NCBI RefSeq assembly: GCF_024521635.1 | Contig: NW_026250421.1 | Location: 248,001 to 312,000, forward strand | Direction: 5' to 3' | Length of the DNA: 64,000 bases | Origin: Tricharina praecox | Lineage: Eukaryota | Part shown: positions 37,964 through 50,655 of the stretch, in pieces | Numbering within the stretch: position 1 is the first letter of the stretch | Layout: each line of letters begins with the position of its first letter | Made by a program: the position numbers and the translations under genes | Notes under the pieces: model-generated | Database searches by the model: none | What the model was told of the DNA's origin: nothing | What the model saw: the letters and a program-made list of their open reading frames with translations, nothing else

Positions 37964-40900
37964 ATGTTATCGGCACTTCTGCACCCGCGGATACGCCGCC
38001 AACGTTCAAATTCCGCCTTCTCGTCGTCTGGCTTCAACTCTCCAAACGTGAACCGAAACGACTATCAGTCCTTCGGAGAGGAAGAGGAAGAACATTCGGC
38101 CGAATATGAAGACAGCGAGCCCGAGCATTCGACAACTCTCTTACCCATCTTCGCTGCCGATCTTGGTATGCATATCAACGGCTACATGATGTACCCCAAA
38201 CAATCCCTGCAGGAACTGATTGGCTCCGCTTCGCAGAGTCAATACCAGTCTACAACCTCGTGCACACCATAAGGGACGACGTCCAGAGGACGCTGGATAC
38301 CTCGCTCACATGGGACCAATTGCGGTCGCCGCAGGTTTCGAGCTTCATCGTCAAGCCGGTCTTGGGCCGCCTGCTGCAGATAGAAGGAAGGCTCTCGAAG
38401 GGAATCATCTACAGTCTGATGGCCAACTGCCTGCAGTTCAGGAAAGAGGCCGAAGAGAACCCTAGGAATGCCGCGACTTCGAAGACCAGAGCTCTGCTGT
38501 GTGAGCTGCTGGCCATCAAGTTCTTGAAGGAGTTCTCGGCGAGAGAATTGGTACATTCGACCAACCGATCTCTGCAAAACGAGGTGCTTCTGGCTAACAC
38601 GATAACCCTCATAGATCGACGCACTGAGCTATGATTTCTATCCGTTGCAAGGAATGGAACAGACTCTGTCCGCAGATCAAAAATCCGGGGCGGCGGCACA
38701 AAAGCGATCACAAACCGCAACTGCAAGTCGTATCTCGGCCTTGGAAATCGCAATACGCGCTCAGGTAAGCCCCAGAACAAGCCCTTCAACGCGAGAGGGA
38801 TCGCACTGACATCGGACACAGGCAAAGAAATTCATCGCCAATCCGGTGGTCATCCAGCACCTTGAATCCATCTGGGCTGGGAACATCGTATTCCATTCGG
38901 CGTACGACCAGCTGCACCGTGATGGAAGGCCCATGGAGCGGAGAACCGCCACGATTTATGATGGCAAACATGCCAGCCTCTTCAAGCTTTCCAGACTGAG
39001 GATCCCCCGATATCGACACATCTTCTCGACTTTTTCTCTGGCCATCTTGTTGATTCTGTGAGTAGTATTTTTTGGAGTTGATGAGATATCTGTATCTGAC
39101 TTTATGCAGCCACCTCAAGGTCCTGATTGAACGATCTTATACCATCACTCCACTAGAAGTGTTGTTTTGGTTATGGTCGTTCGGGTTCATGATAGTATGC
39201 TAGCCAAGATCCCCCCATCAGCCGTGAAGGATACTTACAAGTTTTCCAGGATGAAATTGCAGACTTCAACGAGTCCGGGGTCACACTATATTTCCTGTCC
39301 ATGTGGAATGCCTTCGACTTCATCATCTTCTTGCTGTTCATGACGTAAGAGGCCTCCCACAGACAAATATCGAGGGTTTTGGGGTTTTGACGCTGACATG
39401 ACTACAGTTTCTACGCACTGAGGATCGTCGGGCTTTTCATGCCGGACGAACGGGACTATATCACCGACTGGAGCTTTGATATTCTTGCTTCGTGCTCGAT
39501 CTTCTTGTTCCCACGAATCTTTTCTATTCTGGACCATTACCGCTACTTCAGCCAACTGATCATTGCGTTCCGGTTTGTGCTCTCAAATAGGCTAGCTAAA
39601 CATACGGAAGCTAACAAATCTCCAGTATTATGGCGGCCGATATGATTGCTCTATTGGTATTGATAGTCATCAGCTGCTCAGGTTTCTTCGTGGCCTTCAC
39701 GTTCAGCTTTGCCAGGGAATATTCGTCGGCACAGGATGTGTCGTACGCTCTATTCCAGATGGTGATGGGATTCACACCTGCTGTATGTGTATACCAGTGC
39801 ATATTCTCTGGACCATCACTGATATTTTGTGCTCTAGGCATGGGAAACTTGGGACAACTACAATGTAAGATTCCCCATCATTAGACAGCCACTCGGACAT
39901 TACTGACATGGACCGCAGGCGTTGGGCAAATTCCTTCTGGTGGCGTTTCTGATCATCTGTCATTTTTTGATCGTCACCATCCTCATCACTGTTCTCACCA
40001 ACAGTTTTGCGCAAGTGGCTGCCAACAGCGTCGAAGGTAGCCTGTCCAGCTCTCCCTGCCACGTGCAATGCTGACTCTGGATTAGAACACCAGTTCCTTG
40101 TGGCCGTGAATACCATCACGCTGGTCAAAAACGAGGCCATATTCACCTACCTTGCACCCACAAACATCATTGCCTGGCTTCTTCACCCACTCCGCTATGC
40201 CATGCCATTCCGCCGCTTCGTTCGGATGAACAGGACCGTAGTCAAAGCAACACACCTACCTCTATTGGCCGCCATCTACTTCTATGAGCGCACAATGCTG
40301 CGGAATTCCACCTTTGTACCTTCGGACGCAATCTCAGGGAGGAACACGGGCTCCAAGCACACCATGACCGCCTTCAAACCGCGCGATGAAACTACCAGTC
40401 TTCTGAACCCTGCGGTGAAGCGGTTGCGCCGTAAGCAGTCGGTAGCCTCCAGTACCCAGCAGGAGCGTATTCTCGAGCAGGTGTTTGCGCGGCCATTCCG
40501 AGGGACTACGCTGCAAGGCGAACAAAGCGACGTTGACGGACAGGGCGACAATGTGGATTCCTGGATGAACACGGTTCTTGCAGCTTCCCCGCCAACAGAA
40601 GCCGAGGGCTTCAGTCGAGCGAACATGTTGAAAAGGGGACTCCGACGAGGAAGGGGAGGTCCCCAACGATTCAACAGCATCCGTGACTATGGCGCCATGG
40701 TCCAGCGCACCCATCTTCCTCCTCGGGATTTCTCCATGTCTCGGCCAAAGTCAGATCCCGATATTTCCAAGGGAACCTACAAGGAAACGCTCGACGTCCG
40801 CACCGAAGACGATGACGCCGATAATGAAGCCAACTCCGTGGACGGCGACGCCGACGGCAACGAAACAAACGAGGAATCTACGCACGATCGCGACCAAGAT

Positions 40901-41461
40901 CACGACGAGAAGTTCGACCTCTACTCCTCCGAACTTTACAGTATCGACATGCCCTCCAGTCCCCAAGTTTTGGCCCCAGGGCCAGCGGAACACATCGCCT
41001 TCCTCGCGCCGCCCCGCAAGCTCCGGCCGAATCGCCATCACGAGCGCACGGGATCCAACAACACTATCCTCTTCAGCCCGACCCCGCTCCTCCGCCGCCG
41101 CGACAGCGCCTCCTCCTCGTCCCCCTCAGACACGGAATCATCCTCGGCAGTGGCACAAAAGCGGAAGGCCAGCCCATCGGGCCGGAAATCGCCACCGAAG
41201 CTTGCGGTATCGCGCCCGCGCCCGATCCCGAGTTCTTCTAGACGCGATATCCACTCTACGCCTACGCTCACGAACATCGACGCCGATGAGTCGCTGCGCA
41301 TGGTCCCGTCTAGCTTTGCAACGCAGATGGCGATGGCTACAGGCGCAGACGCAATGCTGAGCAAGCTCGTCCTCGCGAAGATGGCCGCGCTCGAGGAGAC
41401 CATGAAGGATCTGCTCAAAGAGGGGAGGAAGGCGAGGAAAGCGGGCAGGAGGGACGATTAG
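37964..41461 (+). CDS. Fungal TRP-like (YVC1-related) cation channel, about 11 exons, long disordered C-terminal tail
   Basis: LLPIFAA, DTSLTWDQLRSPQVSSFIVKP, LMANCLQF, ALLCELLAIK, IDALSYDFYPLQG, SALEIAIR, LESIWAGNIVF, SLFKLSRLRIPRY, DILASCSIFLFPRIFSILDHYRYFSQL, FQMVMGFTPAAW, FLIVTILITVLTNSF, EHQFLVAVNTI. Introns are canonical GT-AG. Confidence 0.88.
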
Positions 41462-43285
41462 ATTTTTTTTTCTTTCTTTTTTTTGCTATTGTAATATGTA
41501 TCTTGGAGTTAGGGGGAGGGGGGGGGGTGTTTACGGGGTTTGATTTCTCCTTCTTCATGCTCACTGTACATATGACTGTATGACTGTATCTATGGAATCT
41601 TTGTGGCGTTATCTTGGGTGGGCCGGTGGCCGGTGGTGATAGATGGGATGGGATGGAGTTGTCGAGTTTGTTTTTTCCTTTTCCTTTTCCTTTTGCTTCT
41701 CCGTTCCGTTATGTTCCTTTGTTTTTCGGCTGTTTCTTCCGATGATGGTGATGATGATGATTTGTTTTCCTTTGCAATAATTTGTACTCTCGATACATTC
41801 TCGCGTGTAAATAGAAGCCGTCCAATCAGTGTCTACTAGAAAGTGTAGAACATCCGTATCATACTTCCTCAAGTCCAGACTCCAGTCCAGCTCGAAATCC
41901 CCCAGACGTCCCCAGCTGCCGGTCTCCTCCGAGACGTCGAGCTGTGCAGGATGTCTGACCACCACCTCACCACCTCACCACCGTCGGAAAAAGGGAAAAG
42001 CAATATCCGTCGTCCGTCGATATCCCTCCTCCTGCTCCTCCTGCTCCTCCCTACAACTTCCGCGTCCGGACGCCTGGACTGAACTCTACGTCTGAGGAGG
42101 CCTCGCAGCTGCCGCGAGAGAACAATCCACTCTGCATAGACACTCTGCATAGATACTTTACTCGGTATACTATCGTATCGCCAGCGCAGCGCGTGCATGC
42201 AGATAAAGAGCCAAGAGTGAAGCGGACGGACGTCTCTGACGAAATGAACGACCGACCCAGACCTTTCTTCGCCGCCTTGCATGAATGAACAATCCTCCTC
42301 CCTTTTTATGTACATAGACAGTAGACGCTTAGTTCGTTGGTTATTCATATCCCTTATCTATGCTGAACTTATCCTTCCAGAGTCGAGTCAAGAAAGAAAG
42401 ACCCGCCGCCCTCCCCGCATGGTTATTACATATCCCAGCCCTGCATATGCACCCCGCACGCACTGCGCACCCCGCGCACCCATACACACATCCATACAAA
42501 CATCCATACCAACAGCAACGCCAGCACTCCGCTTCCCCGCTTCACTGACGGGTGGCTTCTGGCTTCCGTGATAGGCGTGGAGATTGCGGGGATGGGATAC
42601 GTTTGGAGGTGGGCGGTATGGAGGTGGAGGTGGGCGGTATGGAGGTGGGCGGAAGCGGGTTGGTGGTTGCAATGGGTGGGTGCGTTGGAACAGAGGGATG
42701 GAGAGAGGGAGGGAGGGAGGGAGGAGGATAACTATGGGAAGGGGGGGGAGGACGGATGCGCGATGACGGGGTGAGCTAATTGTTAGAGTATCTGGCTCGT
42801 TTGTACTATGTAAGATGTAGGTAGGGAGTCTGGGAGTCTGGGAGTCTGGGACGTCGAGCTGGGGATCAGGAGCAGGAGCAGGAGCAGGAGCAGGTTCGTC
42901 TTTCACATGTTGAAGGTATGTAGGTAGGTGGTCCACTGCTATCGACGCGGATTTGGATGGTGTCGTCCACCACCACCACCACCACCACCACCACCACCAC
43001 CACCAGCGTCACTGCGGCCTTCAAAAAGAATAAAGACGAGGAGGAGGAGGAGGAAAGAGGCTGGCTGATGGCTGCTGGCCGAAAGCAACATTCCTTCCAC
43101 GACCAGATCGGTTCTCCGTCCCCAGACTCTGGGGACGGTAGAGTAGGTGTGGTTCAGAGAAGTAAGTATCTAGTACACGCACTGTGCCCAACTCCAGAGC
43201 CACAGATCCGTTAGGTCACAGAAGTCTGAAGTCTGAAGTCTGAAGTCTGCCGGAGAGAGAGAGCAAGAGAGGCATACCTCCCCTA

Positions 43286-44452
43286 CTATACATCCAAATC
43301 AAAAGCAGCACCGGCGACAAGCCTTGCCTGCCCTTCTGGCGCGACATCTCCCTGTCCCTCTCCCTCCCCCATCTCCCGCTCGTGTACCCAATGCCCCTCC
43401 CAATTCCACTTGATCGCCTCATCGCCAACCGTGTACCACCCCTCGGTCAGCGCGCGCCCAAAGATCTCCGCCGCCCTGTACCCCACAGGTAACACCTCCC
43501 CAAGCAGCGCCTTCACGCACGGCTTGCGACTATGAAAATCCGGCACGCCGACGAGGACCCTATCCCTCACTATCCCCTCCCCCGCGCCTACACCCCCACC
43601 CCCCCTCCGCGCAATAACAAGAACTTCATACGGCCTCCTCTCCCCCTCCCCCGCCGCGTCCTCCAGGTTTACAACCGGCCTCCCCTCGCCGGTGACCTTA
43701 ACCCACACCCACTCCGCCAGCTGCGTGCATCCCCAGCCATCCAGCAGCTCGTTTAACCACCTCCTCACGGCAGTCGCATTCGTGATCCACACCGCGAGCA
43801 GCGCGCCATCGACGAGTGCGTCCTGCAGCCTTAGCCCGCGCAGCAGCTTCACGATGCCAAACCGGTCCGCTGTGCTGTAGCGTCCCGAGCGCTGCGCGGA
43901 CTTATTCGGCCACGGGGGGTCGAGGAGGATCAGCTCGCGAGGACCGAGCGCGGCGGGGAGGTCGATGGATGAGAGCGGGCCGAGGAGGAAGGACGAATGG
44001 GGAGGGATGTGGAAGCGCTTTGGAGGGGAGGGGTGCGAGAGGGTTAGGGTGGTCCAGGAGGAGTGAGGGTTCGTGATAGGGACGAGGTAGAGGTCCGATA
44101 CATCGGACAGGATCGTCTCCCCGGCGGAGAGGAGGAGGGGTGAGCCGGGGGCGACGGGGGCGACCGGGGTGAGGTAGCAGAGGTTACCGTGGAAGTCGAG
44201 TTCGTGTTGAGGAGGCGGCGCGGTGTGCCGTGGGGCGTGGAAGGTGCTCGAGGGGGGGAGCGCGGCGAGCGCGGCGCGGAGCCGTGGCAGCAGGCGCTGG
44301 TGCGTTTCGTCGGGTTTTTGGGGACGTTTGGAGGTGGGTTGCGGGAAGGGATGCGCAGGTGGTGATGAAGACCGTAGGATGTGCCCCAGTGGTGAGCTGT
44401 GCGATCGGGGGATGTCGATTATCGTGACCGTCGGCGGGGAGCTGCTGGACAT
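43286..44452 (-). CDS. MT-A70 family adenine N6-methyltransferase, METTL4/DAMT-1-like, 388 aa, intronless
   Basis: FHIPPHSSFLLG, catalytic LILLDPPWPNKS, AVWITN, EWVWVKVT..G.PV, RPYEVLVI, VPDFHSRKP, AEIFGRAL..GWYTVGDEAIK. Confidence 0.9.
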   Translation of the reverse strand: MSSSSPPTVTIIDIPRSHSSPLGHILRSSSPPAHPFPQPTSKRPQKPDETHQRLLPRLRAALAALPPSSTFHAPRHTAPPPQHELDFHGNLCYLTPVAPVAPGSPLLLSAGETILSDVSDLYLVPITNPHSSWTTLTLSHPSPPKRFHIPPHSSFLLGPLSSIDLPAALGPRELILLDPPWPNKSAQRSGRYSTADRFGIVKLLRGLRLQDALVDGALLAVWITNATAVRRWLNELLDGWGCTQLAEWVWVKVTGEGRPVVNLEDAAGEGERRPYEVLVIARRGGGGVGAGEGIVRDRVLVGVPDFHSRKPCVKALLGEVLPVGYRAAEIFGRALTEGWYTVGDEAIKWNWEGHWVHEREMGEGEGQGDVAPEGQARLVAGAAFDLDV

Positions 44453-44696
44453 TGCGGAGTGGGGGGCTTCGGCACGTGGGGGATGGCGGGGCAGGGGTGT
44501 GCTCCAGCTCTGTTAACTCAATTCTAGATACCCAAAGGACAGGGCCCCAGCTTAATCACAGGGTATCACTATAGTACACCCAACAAGTCTATCCCAACTC
44601 CGAACAAAAATACAAAACAAAACAAAGCATTGCAAATGCCAACATCATCCCTCTCCTTGTGGTAGCTCTCTATTTCTTGGGTATCTGCTGGCCCCT

Positions 44697-45685
44697 CTAG
44701 TTCTTACAGCCCAAGCCAAGATCATGCATGATGATTCTGTGTATGGCATGCATATCGGGGACTATGCGGCGGCGCGGAGCAGGAATGGCAGGACTGAGAC
44801 ATCAGTAACATGATCACTCGGATAGGCACCAAAGGTAAGACATTATCATACCGTTCGAAATCCTGGATGTCCAGCTCGGCGAGAGCCTCGCGGAGATCGT
44901 CTTCGTCTTCGGTGGCCGTAGCGGCGTCCTGGGGAGGGAACTGGGCTCCGTCGTCGTCGTCGTCGTCGTTGTTGTTGTTGTTGGCCGTAGGCGAGTCGGC
45001 GGAGCTGGATGGAGAAGTATGTACATATCAGCAGCAAGGGAATAGCAAGATGGAGGGAGAGAGAAACAGAGATGCCGACCTCTTCCTGTACTTGTCAATT
45101 TCGTCGATCTCGGGCTTGTCGATAGCAGTAGCCGTAGTACCAGCGATCCCTCCACAACCCCTCTCACCATCCTCACTCGCCGTAGCAGTATCCACGGCCT
45201 TCGCACCTTCGCACCTTCACAAACCCACAATCAGCCATCACCATCACCGCCTGCCACAAAAGCCGGATGCACGCACTTCTCTCTCGGGGCCCTCTGCACA
45301 TCAGCTTCCGCCAAGGCCACCTGTTTGCGCTCATACTCTCTGTGCTCACGCAGCCTGCGCTCGAGCTGCTCGCGCAACGCCTGCGCGCGACGCAACTTGT
45401 CCTGGAAATTGTCCTGGTAGATCGGCTCATGTTCGGACTGCCTGGAGGAGATGTGTAAGCAATAACAACAACGACGACAACGTCTCGGGCTGCGGGCTGT
45501 GGGCTGTGGGCTGTGGGCTGCGGGCTGCGGGGCTGTGGGGCTGTGGGGCTGTGGGGCTGTGGGCTAAGGGCGCACTTCTCGTCGGCGGACTTGTCGAGCT
45601 CCTGGGGGGCTTCGTTGGCAGCGTCCACACGAGGCGGCGGTGCATCTTCGCACGTCGTGTCTTCGTTTGCTTCCGTGGGCGGCAT
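44697..45685 (-). CDS. Orphan acidic/coiled-coil protein, ~219 aa, 5 exons
   Basis: Exons 45685-45576, 45441-45277, 45214-45080, 45004-44852 and 44793-44697 join without stops through four GT-AG introns with plausible branch sites (MPPTEANE...KLRRAQALREQLERRLREHREYERKQV...DLREALAELDIQDFERPAIP...GCKN*). Confidence 0.6.
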
Positions 45686-46893
45686 CGTGGTGGGTAGTCA
45701 GCATGAGCTGTCGGAACGTGGAAGTATATACCAGGTATGTATGAGGTATGAGGTATGTAGCGGCTTGCGTGAGAAGTGGGTCTACGTTCTGGAAGGCGGC
45801 GGACACGGGAAAATACCTAGCTAAGACGAAGTTGCGGACCGCACACGACTCGGCGGTCCCAGGACGGCAGGAAGTGCGGTTCTACCACCGTCCGCCGTTT
45901 TCCAACACCGCGCATTTTTGCGAATGTGTAGGACCCGAGGTGTTCCTCTCTTGTTTGATCGTTTGGGTAAGTGGGTCGATCTCAATGCACCAAGTTCTGG
46001 TATTGGAGTTGGGCATTGCCAGCAGAAATGGCGGCGGCGGCGGAGCGGAGGGTCCGAATTCATGTGATATGCGCAACTGTACTATACTCATCGGCCACAC
46101 GTGGAAAGCTCCTGCTGCGGCTGTGCCATGCACTGCGGCTGTGCCCGTATAGTTATGCCCGGCTACGCTACACCACAGTGAGGTGACGAGGCAGAACGGG
46201 CGAAGCTCAAGCGTATGACAAGGCCCGCGAGCCTTCTCGCTGCTCATTCATTGTGATACATACCTTGAATTAAACCCAATGCTGTACTTCCAACCCATAC
46301 GTTCGGAATCACTCAACAACTTGTGCCTCTTCCAAAGCTGGCCGCGCCATTGATTGAATTCTGAGGAGTTCTGCGCCTCTCGGTCTCGGATCGAGTGATG
46401 CCACATATAACTAGGAGCGTAAACATCGCCTCGCCGAAACAGCCGGCCCGAGTATGCAGAACAGACTTTCCACGGCTGTGTGTAGCTCTCAGTCAGAGAA
46501 CTTTCTCGTCGGCCCTCCTCCTTCTCCGTGCGATGTGGTGGCTTAAGTGAGATGCACACCACTGTGTCTCAAGTTGATGTGGCTGCTGTGACGGAACTGG
46601 CATTGCACAATGCACCGCTTCAGGCTAATGCGATCTTCTTTCATTGCTCCTCTGGCTGGCTGGCCCGCGTACCGTTCATCGGCGCAGAAGTAGTCAGTAT
46701 GATATTACATACTTCGTGGAAAACATGACCGCTCCTGTTCAGTCTTATACGATGCAGGACGAGTGCAGGATTACTATCACCGTCAATCACCCGCCGATCA
46801 CCCCGAAAATCCCCCCCGCCAGCCCGGAATCAACGGAAGTTCTACTTCTTGTTTATACATTATTATGCACACTTATACACATTAACCCTACCC

Positions 46894-48076
46894 TCACCAC
46901 CTCGGCCGCTGCATTTCCGTCACGTTTCTTTGCGGCAACATAGCTCCGACAGGCCTCTGCATCGCCTCCAGCTCCAACGGGTTTACATCCAGCTCATGAT
47001 GCCAGGTTTTCGTTTCTAGCTCATGTCGATTCTGCACTGGGGTTCCCGCGCACTCCGAAATCGCCACGGGCGGCCAGCCCTGGGGGCTCATCAAGCCGAC
47101 TGACGGATCGCCGCCCACGCTGCCGCCCGCGACCTTTTCGCCGCCGTCCTCCTCCTGCCGCCGCCGCCGGCTCCGTCGCATCAAGCAGAATACCCCGACC
47201 ACGATTGCGATGAAGCCGAGCACGCCGCCGACCCCGGCGCCGGCCGCGGCCCCCGTGCTGATCCCCGGCGAGGCGGCCGCGCTCGCCGAGGCAGCTGCGG
47301 ATGTGGCGGATGTCAATGTTGGCGCCTCGGAGGACGCCGGGCGCTCTGTCGATGTTGGGCCGGAGGAGCGGGTGATGGTGGAGCGCGACGACGCCGTGGC
47401 GTCCGACGGCGCGACCACCGCTATCGCGGTCACTTCGATGGTCGCCGTGAACCTGGTGGAGCTCATTGTCGAGTCGAGTGTCGACGGCGAGGCGCTCAAG
47501 GGGTTCGCGAATAGCGCGGTCTTCAGGAGGCACAGGCTCACTTTGTTGAACTCGAATTCGCAGTCCTCGTACACTTCGTCGCAGCACCACTTGATGGTGC
47601 CGCTGTTGCACTCTTTCTTTCCTGTCTGGCACGCTTGGCCCCAGCCCCAGCAGGAGGCGTCTGGAGGCTGTTAGCACTCGCTCACTCGCTGCCTGTGTCG
47701 AGGATGGTATGATGAAGGGGCGACATACCGCCTGGAGGACAACACCACACCATGGGATCGGCGGCGTTGGGTGCGTATGCACAACCACCGTACGTATCGT
47801 CCTTACCGCCTACAAAACGAACAACGCACACGCCGTCAGTGCCGATCGCTTTCGCATTTTGATTTTCCACCAGCAGGAGTGAGAAGTGGGGAGGGGGGAG
47901 GAGGGGAACCAACAATCATTCCGCGTCAGATTCAATCCTTCGTACTCCATCTTGCACGTGTACTCGGAGCCCGGTTGGGACCAGTACTCGATATTCTGTT
48001 TCTCTGCTACGGTGATCCATGACCACCACAGTATCGCGGCCGCTGTCGTGGTGTAGAATTTGAGGAATGCTGGCAT
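46894..48076 (-). CDS. Type I membrane protein: signal peptide, 12-Cys domain, S/T/A stalk, TM helix and cytoplasmic tail (~336 aa), 3 exons
   Basis: Exons 48076-47914, 47809-47729 and 47660-46894. TM GAAAGAGVGGVLGFIAIVVGVFCLM then RRSRRRR; tail with repeated HEL(E/D)/LELE motifs. Confidence 0.85.
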
Positions 48077-50655
48077 CGTTGGGCTGAACGCAGAACGCAA
48101 AACGGCAGAACCTTGGGTTCGATTGTTGATGACGGGGGTGAATAGCGCTTTATAGCGACGGTACTTTCCTTCCTTCCTTCTTTCTGTCTCTGGTGCCTGG
48201 AGAAGGGGGGGAGGATTCTGTGTGGGATCGATAGATACAGTAGGGAGAACTAGGTAAGTAGGTAGGCAAGACATATGTAGGTGAGTGGTTAGTAGGTTAT
48301 TAATATGCAGTTCATTTGCCGCCGTCCCAGACTCGCAGCACGAAGGGACGAAAGCACGAAAGCACAAAAAGCCTTCTTTCTTTCTTTCTTTCTTTTGTGC
48401 ACTCCAAGGGATCCCTATGTCTCACCGATGCGATGCGCATGTGTAGTGCGATCGTGGCTGGAGACTGGGACTGGAGATGGGTAGAGTATTCCGGGTATGT
48501 ATGATATGTACCACCACTGAGAATTTGATGTTGATTCCGAGCGCACAGCCTGTCACTGCCACTCCCCCCCCCTTAACCCACTGCTTGAAGTCTCATTTTG
48601 ACTTGGATTCCTTCGCGTATGATATTACCTAGCTTACCGCGCAGCATCTCCTGCTTCATGTCGCGAAAATGTTCTCGCTGTGTCGGTAATTACTCTAGCC
48701 CACAGCCGGGGGGGAGTTCCCGCCATGAGTGGGAGTGTGATGTGAGTGTGTTGGACCTTGGTACAACTAGTAACATAGTATCTACATACTACCTACCTAC
48801 ATAGATGATAGTACAGACATACTTACAGGCCTCTTGGATTGCTATAAAAAGACTCAGGGCTTGAGCGTTTCTGCAGCCGCCGCTGTGTCACAGTGTCACT
48901 CTGTGGCTGCTCTGCGGCATGGCATGGTCGGTTGGGTGCAAAGTGCAAAGTGCAAAGTTCAAACAGTGCAGTGCAATGCAGTGCTTCCCCCACGATGAAG
49001 TTGTCCGGCTCTTCGCCACGAGGACAAACAAACTACATATCCCGTTGAATACACACTTACCCGCAGACTGGTCAATTTTCCTACGTGCGGGGCGGGGGCG
49101 GTCACGGTGGCTGGCTGACCGCTGGCTCCCCTCCTTATCGTGGACGGTGGGACCAAGACTTGAGGATGCAACTACAGAACCCCTCCAGAGTCTAGACAGC
49201 CACGTCGATCGGCTGGCGAACATCACTCCGCATGCAGTCAAGCGTTTCAGCATTTTTCTGCTCGCGTAAACTGCTAGAGCGAGTAGCAGGTCCTTGGTAC
49301 ATGCTAGGTACATACCCTACAGAATCATAATAACCACCACTGGGATCGCAGGTAAGCGTATCTAGAATTCTAGGTAGGTACTTGGTTAACCGTGAAGAGG
49401 AAATGCCATGTTTAGTATGTACATTCTGAGTATAGTACTTGGGGTCTTGGATCATAGTAGTAGTGCCTTGCAAATTACAAGCAGCCGAAGTGGGCCAGGC
49501 CTGGGGGATGTGTAAGGGATATCTCATATTTAGAGTAACTTCAGACATGTTATCGGGAAGCAGAGAATAATAGTAGCAGTAGCAGTAGTATCACGTCTAC
49601 TCCAGCACGGCGTACAGTACTATACAATAGTAGATACTTATAGTAAGTAGTACGGTACTAGGAAGTATCTAGGGTGGTACAATGGTAAGTAAGGTACTCG
49701 GCTCCCGATCGGCCGAACGCATAGCAAACCGCCCGCAACTGGTGTCCAATCTTTCTCATCGCATGACGAACGAATGCCCGCTCGGCCACCAAATACGGTA
49801 CAGTCATCCCGAAGTATGTACATATCTACCCGGAAGCACATGCCTATGTACCGTACGATGTCGTCCTTCCAATTCCCACGGCATCTCCACAGTAATCCTG
49901 CCGTGCGCGGCGTGCATACATATCCACCTACATATGCTAGTATGCAGTACTAGGAGTACTAATGCCGAAGGTGCTCGCAGGATATATATGTAGAGTATTA
50001 CCGTAGGCAGTAGATATCTCGTGGAAAACACGGCACAAGCCGAAGTGCCTTCCCTCCCGACTCCGGCAGTGGATGGGATCGATCAGGCCTCCCACCATAT
50101 GTATGATTCCACCCCTAATTCCCAGCGAAAGACATTTTCACCCCCCCGTCCCTGTCGGCTTGGTTGAAGTGGGTGAGTGGGTGAGTGGTTGCCTGAACTA
50201 CTAGTAGGTACTGCGTCTGGAGGCATTTGCTTTTTTCGCCTATGAGTGGAGGAATGGAATTGTCCTTTGTACATAGATACAGTACTTACCAAGCGCCTTA
50301 TGTTAGGGGTCTGCTTCAGCCATCAGCGCGTGCCTGCAGCTATAGTAGAGTACTGGTACACCTAGTACACCTGCATACACGCAGACCTTACTCTAATCTA
50401 GCCCCCGCCCCATCAGGTTCCCACTCGCTGGGGGTGGAAGGGATCGAGTTGATCGAGTTGTGGTTACCACTGCCGCCACTGCCACCAGTGCACCCCCACC
50501 GGGCGGTCGAAGAAGGAGGGCGGCCGGCCACGATGGACGCCAATATGTATTGTACATAAAGTGCATTGCCGCCGCCTTCTGCCTGCGTGGCCCTCTGCTC
50601 GACACAAGCAAATAACCAACCAAGCAACCAACTAGTAACCACTCTTTACCGAATC

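Noticed and set aside
41600..43214. Several 85-182 aa ORFs between the channel and MT-A70 genes
   Set aside because: Low-complexity and simple-repeat driven; no consistent splice model or recognisable domain.
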